Positions 10,735 through 21,696 of a DNA stretch of 64,000 nt are shown here, piece by piece. The stretch is from Schmidtea nova. Lineage: Eukaryota. Under the pieces are notes generated by a model. It did not search any database and was not told the DNA's origin. It was given only the letters and a program-made list of their open reading frames with translations. The stretch covers positions 140,306,001-140,370,000 of the forward strand of contig CM097884.1 in assembly GCA_044892505.1 (NCBI GenBank), read 5' to 3'. How positions within the stretch are numbered: position 1 is the stretch's first letter; the number at the start of each line of letters is the position of its first letter. A program made the translations under genes and the position numbers.

Positions 10735-13566
10735 GGGTATTATTATTTCGTCACTTAAATTACAAACATGGTCACTTATTTTTTATTAAATTTGTCTCTT
10801 TAATTACATAAATGTGCTCGTCATTTAATTAAATTGTCTATTAAATTTATTGAATGATCACTAGGTCTAAATGGTCTCTTTAATTAAAAAAGTTGTCTCT
10901 TAATTTGTTTATTTAGTCACTTATTTTAATTTAATGGTCTAATTTTGTGATTAACGATCACTTATTAATTTTGTCTTACAATATCCATTAGATAATTATT
11001 TTGAAAGTGAGCAAACGTAGAAAACGTTAGTTGGCCAAATTAAACTCAAAAATGATCCTGCTGCAAGTCGACGAATATCACAGTGAGGAATCAGGTGAAG
11101 AAGATGCAGAACAACAACAACCACCAACACATAAGAAGCGGAAGACACGTTTCTACGATTGCTTATGTACATTCAATAGCCACGATACAGCCAAAGAATG
11201 GATCCAGACGCAAAAATTCTGGAGCTTCCTCAAGAGAGAGAACAAAGGAAACACCGAAGTCTACAGATGTAACCATGTCAAACGAAGAGGACCACAATGT
11301 GCATCCGTTTTGAAGATCAACTACTCTGACACCGACAAGACAGTTCAAGCCATGCTATCCGCTGATAAGCATGATCATGAATTGATCAACAAAAGAGCAG
11401 CTGCAGAAGGTAAAGCGAAAATCGGAATTGATCCTCGAGCTAAAGAGTTGATCGGCGAGTACTACCAGTTAAAAGTGCGGAAACCCAACCAAATTTTGGC
11501 TAACTTGATAAAAGCGAAAAAAACTGAGCCATCAATTACTATTCCATCGGCAAGACAGCTCTATGGTTATCTCGCAAATACTTATTCAACTGGATCTACG
11601 ATGGAATTTGGAGAATTGTCTAAATTTTGCAAGGAGAATTCCAATGTCCCTTCTGAAACTGAACTTAACAAGCCGTTTGTTGTCAGTTATCAAATAAATG
11701 TCGATTCGGAGCTTGAAGATGCAGAGACCTTCCCGGAAAATTTACTCATCAACATTGAAGAAAAATGTTTCAGAATTTTCATATCAACAAGACGGCTTTT
11801 AAAAATATCTGTCGATGCTAAAACCATTCAAGCAGATTCAACTTACAAGCTGATCTGGAATGGCTTTCCTGTACTTATTGTTGGTAGAAGTGACATCAAC
11901 AAGGTTTTCCATCCAATCGGTATCTCCATCTGTACAAATGAAAATCAATTTGATTATGAATTTCTCTTTCTTTCAATTCAAATCGGTATAGAACGAACTG
12001 GCCTGACAAAATTAAATTCAGAAGAATTAACGTTATTAGCTGATGCTGCTGCGGCTATAACATGTGGATACAAAGCAGTTTTTTCTGTTCCAGGTCAACC
12101 AATCAGAAGAGGTATGTGTTGGTTTCGCATGAGAAAGGCTGTTCGACAGAAAGCATCCATTCTGAACAACACCGAATTAATTGATCAATTAATGGAGGAC
12201 ATTAATATTCTTCAATTAAGTGTATCGGATCAGCTATTTGACACTGCATCATCTCTATTTTTAATTAAATGGAGTAAGTGTGCCAATCAAAACATGCCCG
12301 ACTTTCTCGCATACTTCAAGGACCAATGTCTCTGTGAATTACGTGGATGGTACGAAGGATTTAATCCGGATGGTCCAAGCACAAACAACGGTTTGGAATC
12401 AGTGAACGGAACACTAAAAAAAGATCACACTTTCAGAAGACGTGAGCCTTTGTCCGAGTTCATCAAAACAGTACAAGAAATCGTTGTCGCCTGGTGTGTG
12501 GATCGCGATCCAACCATCCAATCTGAAAAGCATATCAAGCTGTTTCGAAAAGAACATTTCATACATGTTCCAGCTTACAGAATTGCTTACAACTGGGTCA
12601 AGAAGGGAAGAAGGACAATGAAGGATGAAGCAAGCGATCCTAAGTTTGTTCATTTCTACACAAATGCTGGCGGTGTTGAAGAGGACGAGAAAACATTCAA
12701 GGAAACAATCGAGTGTTTAAAGGAAGTCTTGAATAAACCTAATTTTTTGGACTTTGAGCAATATCACTCTATCTTGTTCAAAACCTGGCGAACTTCGTTC
12801 CCTAAGCCTCTCGAAAGTAAAACTGCTCTACTTGCTAGGTGCACTTGTCCAAAATTTTTTAAGGATCACATGTGCAAACACGTCCTTGGAATCGCTGCAC
12901 TGAACAAACTCATGAAAATTCCCAATGAGGCAAAGTCGCTACTGATTGGCAAGAAGGCTGCTCGTGGACGCCCAGCTAAAGCTGTCAAAGCTTTAGCTTT
13001 TCAGCCGGCGGATCGAGTTCAAGAACAAGAACCAACTACTTCAGCTGCGTCATCAACTGTTGCCTCAAAGGGTCCAACTTCTTCTGCTTCGTCAACTGTC
13101 ACGAAAAAGAAAGTCGGACGACCACCAAAAGAAAAAATTCCTGTTGTACCAGTGGCGCCAAGTCAAAGTACAAAACGCAAAGCATCACTGGCTAGAGGTG
13201 CAACAAAACGCCATAAAAATTAAAATAAATCATCTTCTGTTTATTTTACTCTAAAATGTTAACTTAAATTTTGTGGTTATGGTTTGTCATTTTTCTTATT
13301 AAAATTTTTTTTACATAAAAATTCAATTAAATTTCAAATAAACATTTTGAACAGCTTACATTTTTCTTATTTAAGTGACTATTAAAGTAATTTAAGTGAC
13401 CATATTTGGTAAATTTAAGTGCTCACTTATATTTAATTTTGAGTGATCAAGTTAGTAATTTAAGTGACCAAATCTGTAATTGAAGTGATCGCTTATAATT
13501 TATTAAAGTGATCAAAAATATTAAGTGATCATTTATGTAATTTAAGTGACCGGATAATCACCACCC
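10735..13566 (+). mobile_element. MULE/Mutator DNA transposon
   Basis: Imperfect TIRs (GGGT...GTCACTTAAATTACA at both ends), many GTCACTTA/TAAGTGAC subterminal repeats, 9-10 bp TSD attaataaa(c)/attattaaa(t) matching the empty site in the 5' LTR. Confidence 0.88.
11052..13223 (+). CDS. MULE transposase with SWIM finger and C-terminal AT-hooks
   Basis: Uninterrupted ORF, first ATG at 11052. N-terminal YRC...C...HDH zinc domain, ADSTYK, LADAAAAI, CWFR (normally CxxH), TNNGLESVN, SWIM CTC...CKH, GRP AT-hooks. Confidence 0.92.
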   Translation: MILLQVDEYHSEESGEEDAEQQQPPTHKKRKTRFYDCLCTFNSHDTAKEWIQTQKFWSFLKRENKGNTEVYRCNHVKRRGPQCASVLKINYSDTDKTVQAMLSADKHDHELINKRAAAEGKAKIGIDPRAKELIGEYYQLKVRKPNQILANLIKAKKTEPSITIPSARQLYGYLANTYSTGSTMEFGELSKFCKENSNVPSETELNKPFVVSYQINVDSELEDAETFPENLLINIEEKCFRIFISTRRLLKISVDAKTIQADSTYKLIWNGFPVLIVGRSDINKVFHPIGISICTNENQFDYEFLFLSIQIGIERTGLTKLNSEELTLLADAAAAITCGYKAVFSVPGQPIRRGMCWFRMRKAVRQKASILNNTELIDQLMEDINILQLSVSDQLFDTASSLFLIKWSKCANQNMPDFLAYFKDQCLCELRGWYEGFNPDGPSTNNGLESVNGTLKKDHTFRRREPLSEFIKTVQEIVVAWCVDRDPTIQSEKHIKLFRKEHFIHVPAYRIAYNWVKKGRRTMKDEASDPKFVHFYTNAGGVEEDEKTFKETIECLKEVLNKPNFLDFEQYHSILFKTWRTSFPKPLESKTALLARCTCPKFFKDHMCKHVLGIAALNKLMKIPNEAKSLLIGKKAARGRPAKAVKALAFQPADRVQEQEPTTSAASSTVASKGPTSSASSTVTKKKVGRPPKEKIPVVPVAPSQSTKRKASLARGATKRHKN

Positions 13567-13744
13567 ATTATTAAATGGAGTAAAAATTAATAGACTTGTT
13601 TTAATATTTCCATATTTTCATATTCACGCTTATCACAAACAAAAAATGCAAACAGCCAACAATGATTCGATATTCCTACACCTTGTATCTCAATACAATC
13701 AAATGAATTCATTTTTATTTCATACTTCTGATACCAATATATAA

Positions 13745-13980
13745 ATGTGGGGAAATATTTGGCATATTATCAAATACATGATTTGTTAAAATCGGTCTTA
13801 TTGCAACCATTAATTGCACTTTTCCTATACATTTTACTACGCTTCCTTCGGCGTATTTACCTTTAGTGTTGCACCATTTATGTTTTGGAAATTCTCAAAT
13901 ATTTGTTCTCTGATGGCATTTAAATTCGATCATGTATCAAACAAAACGGTAACTTTATGATTTCCAATTTATCTTTCTAC
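13745..13980 (-). pseudogene. Degraded Gypsy aspartyl protease
   Basis: Minus strand reads IGNHKVTVLFDT*SNLNAI...CIGKVQL...LYIG; the DTG motif has GGA changed to TGA. Confidence 0.75.
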
Positions 13981-14814
13981 AATTGGTTTAAATTTTACCT
14001 TTTCATTCCTTTTATTTGATTTTAAAGTGTCCTGGATTTCAGATTTGTTTCCTTGGTTATGAGGCTTTAGCATTAATAAAATTTTCAAATTTTTCTTTCA
14101 ATGTTAGTTGAAGATCAGCTCCCTTATCACCGAGGAGTAACAATGTTAGCATATTTTATTGTTATTATATTGGCAATATTAAATTACTATTATCATATAT
14201 TATTATTATTTATATCATTATTATTAAAATTAACGGGACCGCCCAATCTTTCGAATCTTATATTACGTCGCCGATCCTATAGGTTCTTGTCGATATTTGT
14301 AAGGGTTTCTTCTTTCACATTCCACTTTAGACTAGCCCACAACACGACCATATCGAAAACTATCCGCATTAATCTGCAAACGCTTATCGTACGAGGGACC
14401 GACATATATTCCCTATAATGGCGCAATATTAAGGAATCAGGACTCACTTTCAAGTTCTGGCGTATGTTCGGATTTCTTTCTATTCTGTCACGTACCATTG
14501 TATGGCGGTGCACCATCAAGTATAGACGATGACAATGATAAGAAGCCCAAACCTTTGCCTAAAAAGCCAAGAAATGTTCGATGAGCTGCTTCTTCTGACA
14601 ATAATTCGAGACAAAATATTAACTGTTCATTCTTTTTAGATGAGAACCAAACCCCATCAACTTGGTTGCTCACACTCGTAGCCCTGTTGGAAAGTTGCTG
14701 CGTTACATCTTCAAGAGATAAATTCTATAGAATACTATCTCTCATCCTACATGAACATTTAGGTCGCCTTTCTGCCGTTATTCGCCGCACAACACAGAAA
14801 ACCTTTTTAACACT

Positions 14815-17800
14815 ACTACAACTGGTGTCAGCAAAATATGCGACAGTACTATTCGTTGCAGCCATTATAACTGGTGTCAGAACTGGCAACTTTCAGTAAC
14901 AAAATATGACACAGTACCATTCGTTGCAGCCACTATAACTGGTGTCAGAACTGGCAACTTTCAGTAACAAAATATGACACAGTACCATTCGTTGCAGCCA
15001 CTATAACTGGTGTCAGAACTGGCAACTTTTAGTAACAAAATATGCGACAGTACCGTTCTTTGCAGCCATTATAACTGGTGTCAGAACTGGCAACTTTCAG
15101 TAACAAAATATGACACAGTACCATTCGTTGCAGCCACTATAACTGGTGTCAGAACTGGCAACTTTCAGTAACAAAATATGACACAGTACCATTCGTTGCA
15201 GCCACTATAACTGGTGTCAGAACTGGCAACTTTTAGTAACAAAATATGCGACAGTACCGTTCTTTGCAGCCATTATAACTGGTGTCAGAACTGGCAACTT
15301 TCAGTAACAAAATATGACACAGTACCATTCGTTGCAGCCACTATAACTGGTGTCAGAACTGACGACTTTCAGCAGCAAAATATGCGACAGTGCCATTCGT
15401 TGCAGCCACTATAACTGGTGTCAGAACTGACAACTTTCAGTAACAAAATATGACAGTACCATTCGTTGCAGCCACTACAATTGGTGTCAGAACTGGCAAC
15501 TTTCAGTAACAAAATATGCGACAGAACCATTCGTTGCAGCCACTATAACTGGTGTCAGAACTGACAACTTTCAGTAACAAAATATGACAGTACCATTCGT
15601 TGCAGCCACTACAATTGGTGTCAGAACTGGCAACTTTCAGTAACAAAATATGACACAGTACCATTCGTTGCAGCCACTACAATTGGTGTCAGAACTGGCA
15701 ACTATCAGCAACAAAATATGCGACAGTACCATTCGTTGCAGCCACTACAATTGGTGTCAGAACTGGCAACTTTCAGCAACAAAATATGCGACAGTACCAT
15801 TCGTTGCAGCCACTACAACTGGTGTCAGAACTGACGACTTTCAGCAGCAAAATATGCGACAGTACCATTCGTTGCAGCCACTATAACTGGTGTCAGAACT
15901 GACGACTTTCAGCAGCAAAATATGCGACAGTACCATTCGTTGCAGCCACTATAACTGGTGTCAGAACTGACGACTTTCAGTAACAAAATATGACACAGTA
16001 CCATTCGTTGCAGCCACTATAACTGGTGTCAGAACTGGCAACTTTTAGTAACAAAATATGCGACAGTACCGTTCTTTGCAGCCATTATAACTGGTGTCAG
16101 AACTGGCAACTTTCAGTAACAAAATATGACACAGTACCATTCGTTGCAGCCACTATAACTGGTGTCAGAACTGGCAACTTTCAGTAACAAAATATGACAC
16201 AGTACCATTCGTTGCAGCCACTATAACTGGTGTCAGAACTGGCAACTTTTAGTAACAAAATATGCGACAGTACCGTTCTTTGCAGCCATTATAACTGGTG
16301 TCAGAACTGGCAACTTTCAGTAACAAAATATGACACAGTACCATTCGTTGCAGCCACTATAACTGGTGTCAGAACTGACGACTTTCAGCAGCAAAATATG
16401 CGACAGTGCCATTCGTTGCAGCCACTATAACTGGTGTCAGAACTGACAACTTTCAGTAACAAAATATGACAGTACCATTCGTTGCAGCCACTACAATTGG
16501 TGTCAGAACTGGCAACTTTCAGTAACAAAATATGCGACAGAACCATTCGTTGCAGCCACTATAACTGGTGTCAGAACTGACAACTTTCAGTAACAAAATA
16601 TGACAGTACCATTCGTTGCAGCCACTACAATTGGTGTCAGAACTGGCAACTTTCAGTAACAAAATATGACACAGTACCATTCGTTGCAGCCACTACAATT
16701 GGTGTCAGAACTGGCAACTATCAGCAACAAAATATGCGACAGTACCATTCGTTGCAGCCACTACAATTGGTGTCAGAACTGGCAACTTTCAGCAACAAAA
16801 TATGCGACAGTACCATTCGTTGCAGCCACTACAACTGGTGTCAGAACTGACGACTTTCAGCAGCAAAATATGCGACAGTACCATTCGTTGCAGCCACTAT
16901 AACTGGTGTCAGAACTGACGACTTTCAGCAGCAAAATATGCGACAGTACCATTCGTTGCAGCCACTATAACTGGTGTCAGAACTGACAACTTTCAGCAGC
17001 AAAATATTCGACAGAAACATTCGTTGCAACCACTACAACTGGTGTCAGAACTGACAACTTTCAGCAGCAAAATATGCGACAGAAACATTCGTTGCAACCA
17101 CTACAACTGGTGTCAGAACTGACAACTTTCAGCAGCAAAATATGCGACAGAAACATTCGTTGCAACCACTACAACTGGTGTCAGAACTGACAACTTTCAG
17201 CAGCAAAATATGCGACAGAAACATTCGTTGCAGCCACTAATTAGTGTCAGAACTGACAACTTTAAGTAACAAAATATGCGACAGTACCATTCGTTGCAAC
17301 CACTACAACTGGTGTCAGAACTGACAACTTTCAGCAGCAAAATATTCGACAGAAACATTCGTTGCAACCACTACAACTGGTGTCAGAACTGACAACTTTC
17401 AGCAGCAAAATATGCGACAGAAACATTCGTTGCAGCCACTAATTAGTGTCAGAACTGACAACTTTAAGTAACAAAATATGCGACAGTACCATTCGTTGCA
17501 ACCACTACAACTGGTGTCAGAACTGACAACTTTCAGCAGCAAAATATTCGACAGAAACATTCGTTGCAACCACTACAACTGGTGTCAGAACTGACAACTT
17601 TCAGCAGCAAAAATGCGACAGAAACATTCGTTGCAACCACTACAACTGGTGTCAGAACTGACAACTTTCAGCAGCAAAATATGCGACAGAAACATTCGTT
17701 GCAACCACTACAACTGGTGTCAGAACTGACAACTTTCAGCAGCAAAATATGCGACAGAAACATTCGTTGCAGCCACTATAACTGGTGTCAGAACTGACAA

Positions 17801-17815
17801 CTTTCAGCAGCAAAA
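14815..17815 (+). repeat. 68-bp tandem array (about 43 units), each unit with TGGTGTCAGAA
   Basis: Unit actggtgtcagaactggcaactttcagtaacaaaatatgacacagtaccattcgttgcagccactata; successive starts at 14870 and 14938. No unique spacers. Confidence 0.95.
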
Positions 17816-20800
17816 CATGTTACAGGAAAGTAATATAAGAGAATTTTGGAATAAAAAAGCCTTTTCAACAATAAAAAGCAATATCCGGATTATGTATGGT
17901 TGGAAAAATAGTCTTCATAATACGGTATTATCAACTTTAGAAATAAAGTGTAGATCTAAAAATTTCTATAATCGATTTCCAGAATCAGTTGAGAAATACT
18001 CAACGTAAAGAGACTTAAGTTGTATTGACAGAATTTTGAACTCGTTAATTTGAAGAAATATTCTTGCATCATGCTTTGAGGGAAACGAATTTTTTGCAAA
18101 TCTCAGTCTTAACTAATTATAAATTATTTAAACAAACTTTTTTTATTTTATACTACTCATATTAAATTTTAAATATATTAAAAATAATTTTAATTTTATT
18201 TAATCACTAGCTTATAACCCCTTTTGAAGAACAATCTAATGTCAGTAATTGGAAATGAGAACATACGCGTTACAATATATACTTAAATGAGATGAAGAAT
18301 CTAACGTTGAACTTAGTATAATGTAATTAGGATCAAGTGACGTGCTCCAGGTGCAAATGAATTTCGAGGACGTTCCTTTCATTTTGTATACTCTATTTGT
18401 ACCACGGAGATGGCGCTCATCAAATGGAGTTAACAGCGAAGATTATGTCCGTCAGAGGAATAATGTCGGAAGCCAAACATGACCCTTGGGAATAGGCACC
18501 AATTAAACCGGAATGAAAATTTTCTTTCTGGAAAAAGATGGAGAATTTCCAGGTCAGTACTGTGGATCAAGGCTGATGATTTTATACCTTTTCTAAATTC
18601 CAGACAATGTGACGGCTCATCTTTTTGAGACGACGTCCAGAGCGAAGACCCAAATTTAATCTCAACTCTGATCAATTCAGAGAAGCATCTTGGATCCCGT
18701 GAATCGAACTAAATGTACATTTTCGTAGAAATCTTGGCTATTAGTAAAATAAAGTATATTTAGCATATCGTAATCGTTTTTATCGGCATTTCACTATTTT
18801 ATTGCGTTAGTTTGTTTTGAGATTGTGTCGATAATCCAGTGGATGTGATTCAAATCAAATAGGTTCTGAATGATAAGAGTATTGTAATAAACTTCAAGTA
18901 GCGGATAGTTATAACGAGTCTAGGGTGTAATATCTCTTGACGTCAGTAATGTTTTCGAATAGTTATTAATAGTTTCAAAGTATGAAACGATGAGAGTTGG
19001 CAGATAGCTGGACTTTGACTGTATTTTAGTGCATAAATTTCTTTATATAAGAAACCAAAATTTAACGGAAAAATCTGTCTATATGTAAATTTTCGAAATT
19101 GTTATGGAATGTCGAATTGTAACTAAAGATGATATATACAGTGATACCATATGAAATTGAGGTTAATATGATGTAGTCAGATACATAAGATGATAGGAAA
19201 TGCAATAAATAATGAAATACTCTCGAATATGAACGAAATTTAAAGTTACAGGCATTTGATTGACCGAAACAAACCCGAAGGATGTGCAACAGGTAGTAAT
19301 TCTGGAAACAGAGATCACATGTCTATACAGTACCAATATAATTATCAAGAGAGGACCTTTGTGATTTTTTGAATGACGTTAAGGAATGGAGACCCTAGTA
19401 CTTTACAACATTAATAAGAAAATATTTGATAAATACATTAAAATATTTGAAAAGTAAAATATGTTGTTTGAATGCACCAATTACACACACATTTGCCCAC
19501 GCTATATATACAAATGCATGATTCCTATGCTTATCGAAAAACTTTTCCTTTTTAGACAATTTTTCTAGAAAGATAAAGTGATTTTGTCAATTAATTTTTA
19601 AAGTTTTGGTTAATTTTTGTTGTTGATATTATTGATAGATTTTTCCGTTTATTAAATAACATATTTCAATAAATAACTGAGGTGTCATTGTAGTGAATAC
19701 AAACATTTATAGTAGCTCGCGAATATTCGGTTCGTAATAGTAATAACAGATCTAGAGATAGAGCTCATGTCGGATATCATGAAATTTTAATGAGCATGCC
19801 AAATTTTAAAAATTGTAAGAAGTGCTTTCGAGAAATAATTTCAAAAGCTTTTAATGATAATTAAAATAAATGGGCTTGTTCAAACACCCATATTAAATTA
19901 TGTGAGAAAATAATGTCTGCTAATTTCTTTATTTCTGAAGCATTTTTAGGTCAACGACACCTAAAGATTTTAAATTAAAAATAATTTTTAAAATTTCGAA
20001 AAAAATACAACTATATTTTTTATTTCAAACTATTAACAAATATATTTTGAAAATATTAAGTTGTAAATATCATAAATGATCAATATTAAAATTAGATTTT
20101 TTATAAAAAAATTGTTTTTATTCTTTTTTTGCACCAGTTTTATTTAAATAAAAAGTAGAGAAAATGGTTATATTAAAATTTAAATATAAACTAGTTTAAA
20201 AACAAAAGATAGTGTTGTTTGTAAATAATAAACTTTTAAAATATGCAAACACAAAAATAGTCATTGTCGAGACGAACGACGGGCCCACGAAGAACTACTA
20301 TGCGGTCCACTAGGTCTATAGAGAAAGATTCATAAAAGTAAATTGGAAAAAAATTGGGAAAAAATTGAAAAAAATATGGGTTAATTGTCATAAACTTTAC
20401 ATCATTAACACTAGTATAAGATCATAACATCAACGGTAATAAAGTAATTCGGCACTCATCACTTAAAGCCTCCTATACTTACAAGCCACCCTGTGACATC
20501 AGAACTAATTCCATATACACGTTTTAAATAACGAAATCAAAACACCTGAGGTTTCATTATGTAAAGGATTACACAGACTAAAACAATCGCAATAGAATTT
20601 AGGTGGTTCTGTCTTCGTCAAACAAGAACCGCCTTGTTGTGTTTATACAATACAATTATACATATGTATTAATCGAGTATACAGAGTCTGCTAACACTAA
20701 TGATCGCTACACATCACAAGTCTTCATTATTAACAGGTTTTAGTTGGTTTAGTCACATAGTTACTTTGTTTCTATTGAATAACTGAATGGTCGCGGAATT

Positions 20801-20931
20801 TTAAACAGAACCAACAGAACTATTTTATTTCATTAAACAATAATTTGTTGGAAGTAATAAAAAATCTTGAATAATTTATTTTAATAACATTAGAATTAAT
20901 TATAAATATTTATTTTAGTCATGGTAGGAAA

Positions 20932-21590
20932 ATGGCATCAAGTCTCAGTGAAAAAACTATATTTTTGGAAAATAGAGCCCTTTAAGATAAATAAACGCAT
21001 AAATATTTCTTTACCGAATATAACTCCAAATATAAATCCTTATTCTTCGTTTGCTCTGAAATTGTCGATGTAAAGAAAAAATTTAATATAAAGAGGCATT
21101 TTTAAACAAAACATGCAAATAATGATAGACTTAATTAAGCACAAAGAGTAAACAAAGTTGAGAACCTGAAAAACAAATCTCTGTTAGTTATAATAAATAA
21201 AGCGAGTTATGTTATTTTGCAAAAAGCAAAAAAAATATAAAACCATATTTAGATGGAGAATTTATCAAAGAATTTATATCTGTAGTTGTAATATAAGTCA
21301 TACCAAAAAAAGAATATTTTCAATTCAGTTTCTCTATCGCGACGAACCATGACGAAGCGGGTTAATGTAAAAATACATTAAGAGTTCGAATATTAATCGA
21401 TTAGTTCGAACGAAAGAACCAATATTAGTGACTTGGCTCAATTGTCAATATTTATTTGAGAAATGTATCAGAATATTAGCAGCTGCGTAGGACTGCTATC
21501 GTTAAATACAATGGAAAGTACAACTACTGGAGCCAACATTATTGAAGGCGTAGTTCTCTCAAAGAAAAAAATTTATCTTGATATTAGATC
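20932..21590 (+). pseudogene. hAT (SPIN/Buster, GTF2IRD2-like) transposase 5' remnant
   Basis: Broken frames give ENRA...YFF...KKKFNIKRHF..KH, DGEFIKE, SLSRRTMTKRV, DLAQLSIFI and LLSLNTMESTTTGANI. Confidence 0.75.
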
Positions 21591-21696
21591 AATGTTAATG
21601 CTGTATAATTTTCTTATTATTATTATTATTATTGTTTATGTTGTATTATCATGCTTGTTATTATCGCGGTGGGATTCGTGGGGTCCTTGTGGACAC

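Larger units (their letters stand above)
9746..13680 (+). mobile_element. Internally deleted LTR retrotransposon (Ty3/Gypsy-derived), 3' LTR split by a MULE
   Basis: 5' LTR 9746-9932 (TGTAG...ATACA), PBS 9935-9948, PPT-like CGGCGGGGCTAT, 3' LTR 10691-10734 plus 13567-13680, exact 5-bp TSD CCTTG (9741-9745 and 13681-13685). Confidence 0.9.

Noticed and set aside
14815-17815. CRISPR array, or the short ORFs called within the 68-bp repeat
   Set aside because: Units are contiguous with no unique spacers, no cas genes are present, the context is eukaryotic, and 68 is not a multiple of three.
20280-20313. Helitron 3' end (GC-rich hairpin plus CTAG)
   Set aside because: The stem is poor, CTAG is followed by G rather than T, and no 5' TC end or Rep/Hel sequence was found.
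21139-21146. GCACAAAG as the viral 5' terminus
   Set aside because: It is imperfect and lies within the hAT transposase remnant, about 550 bp from the N sequence.
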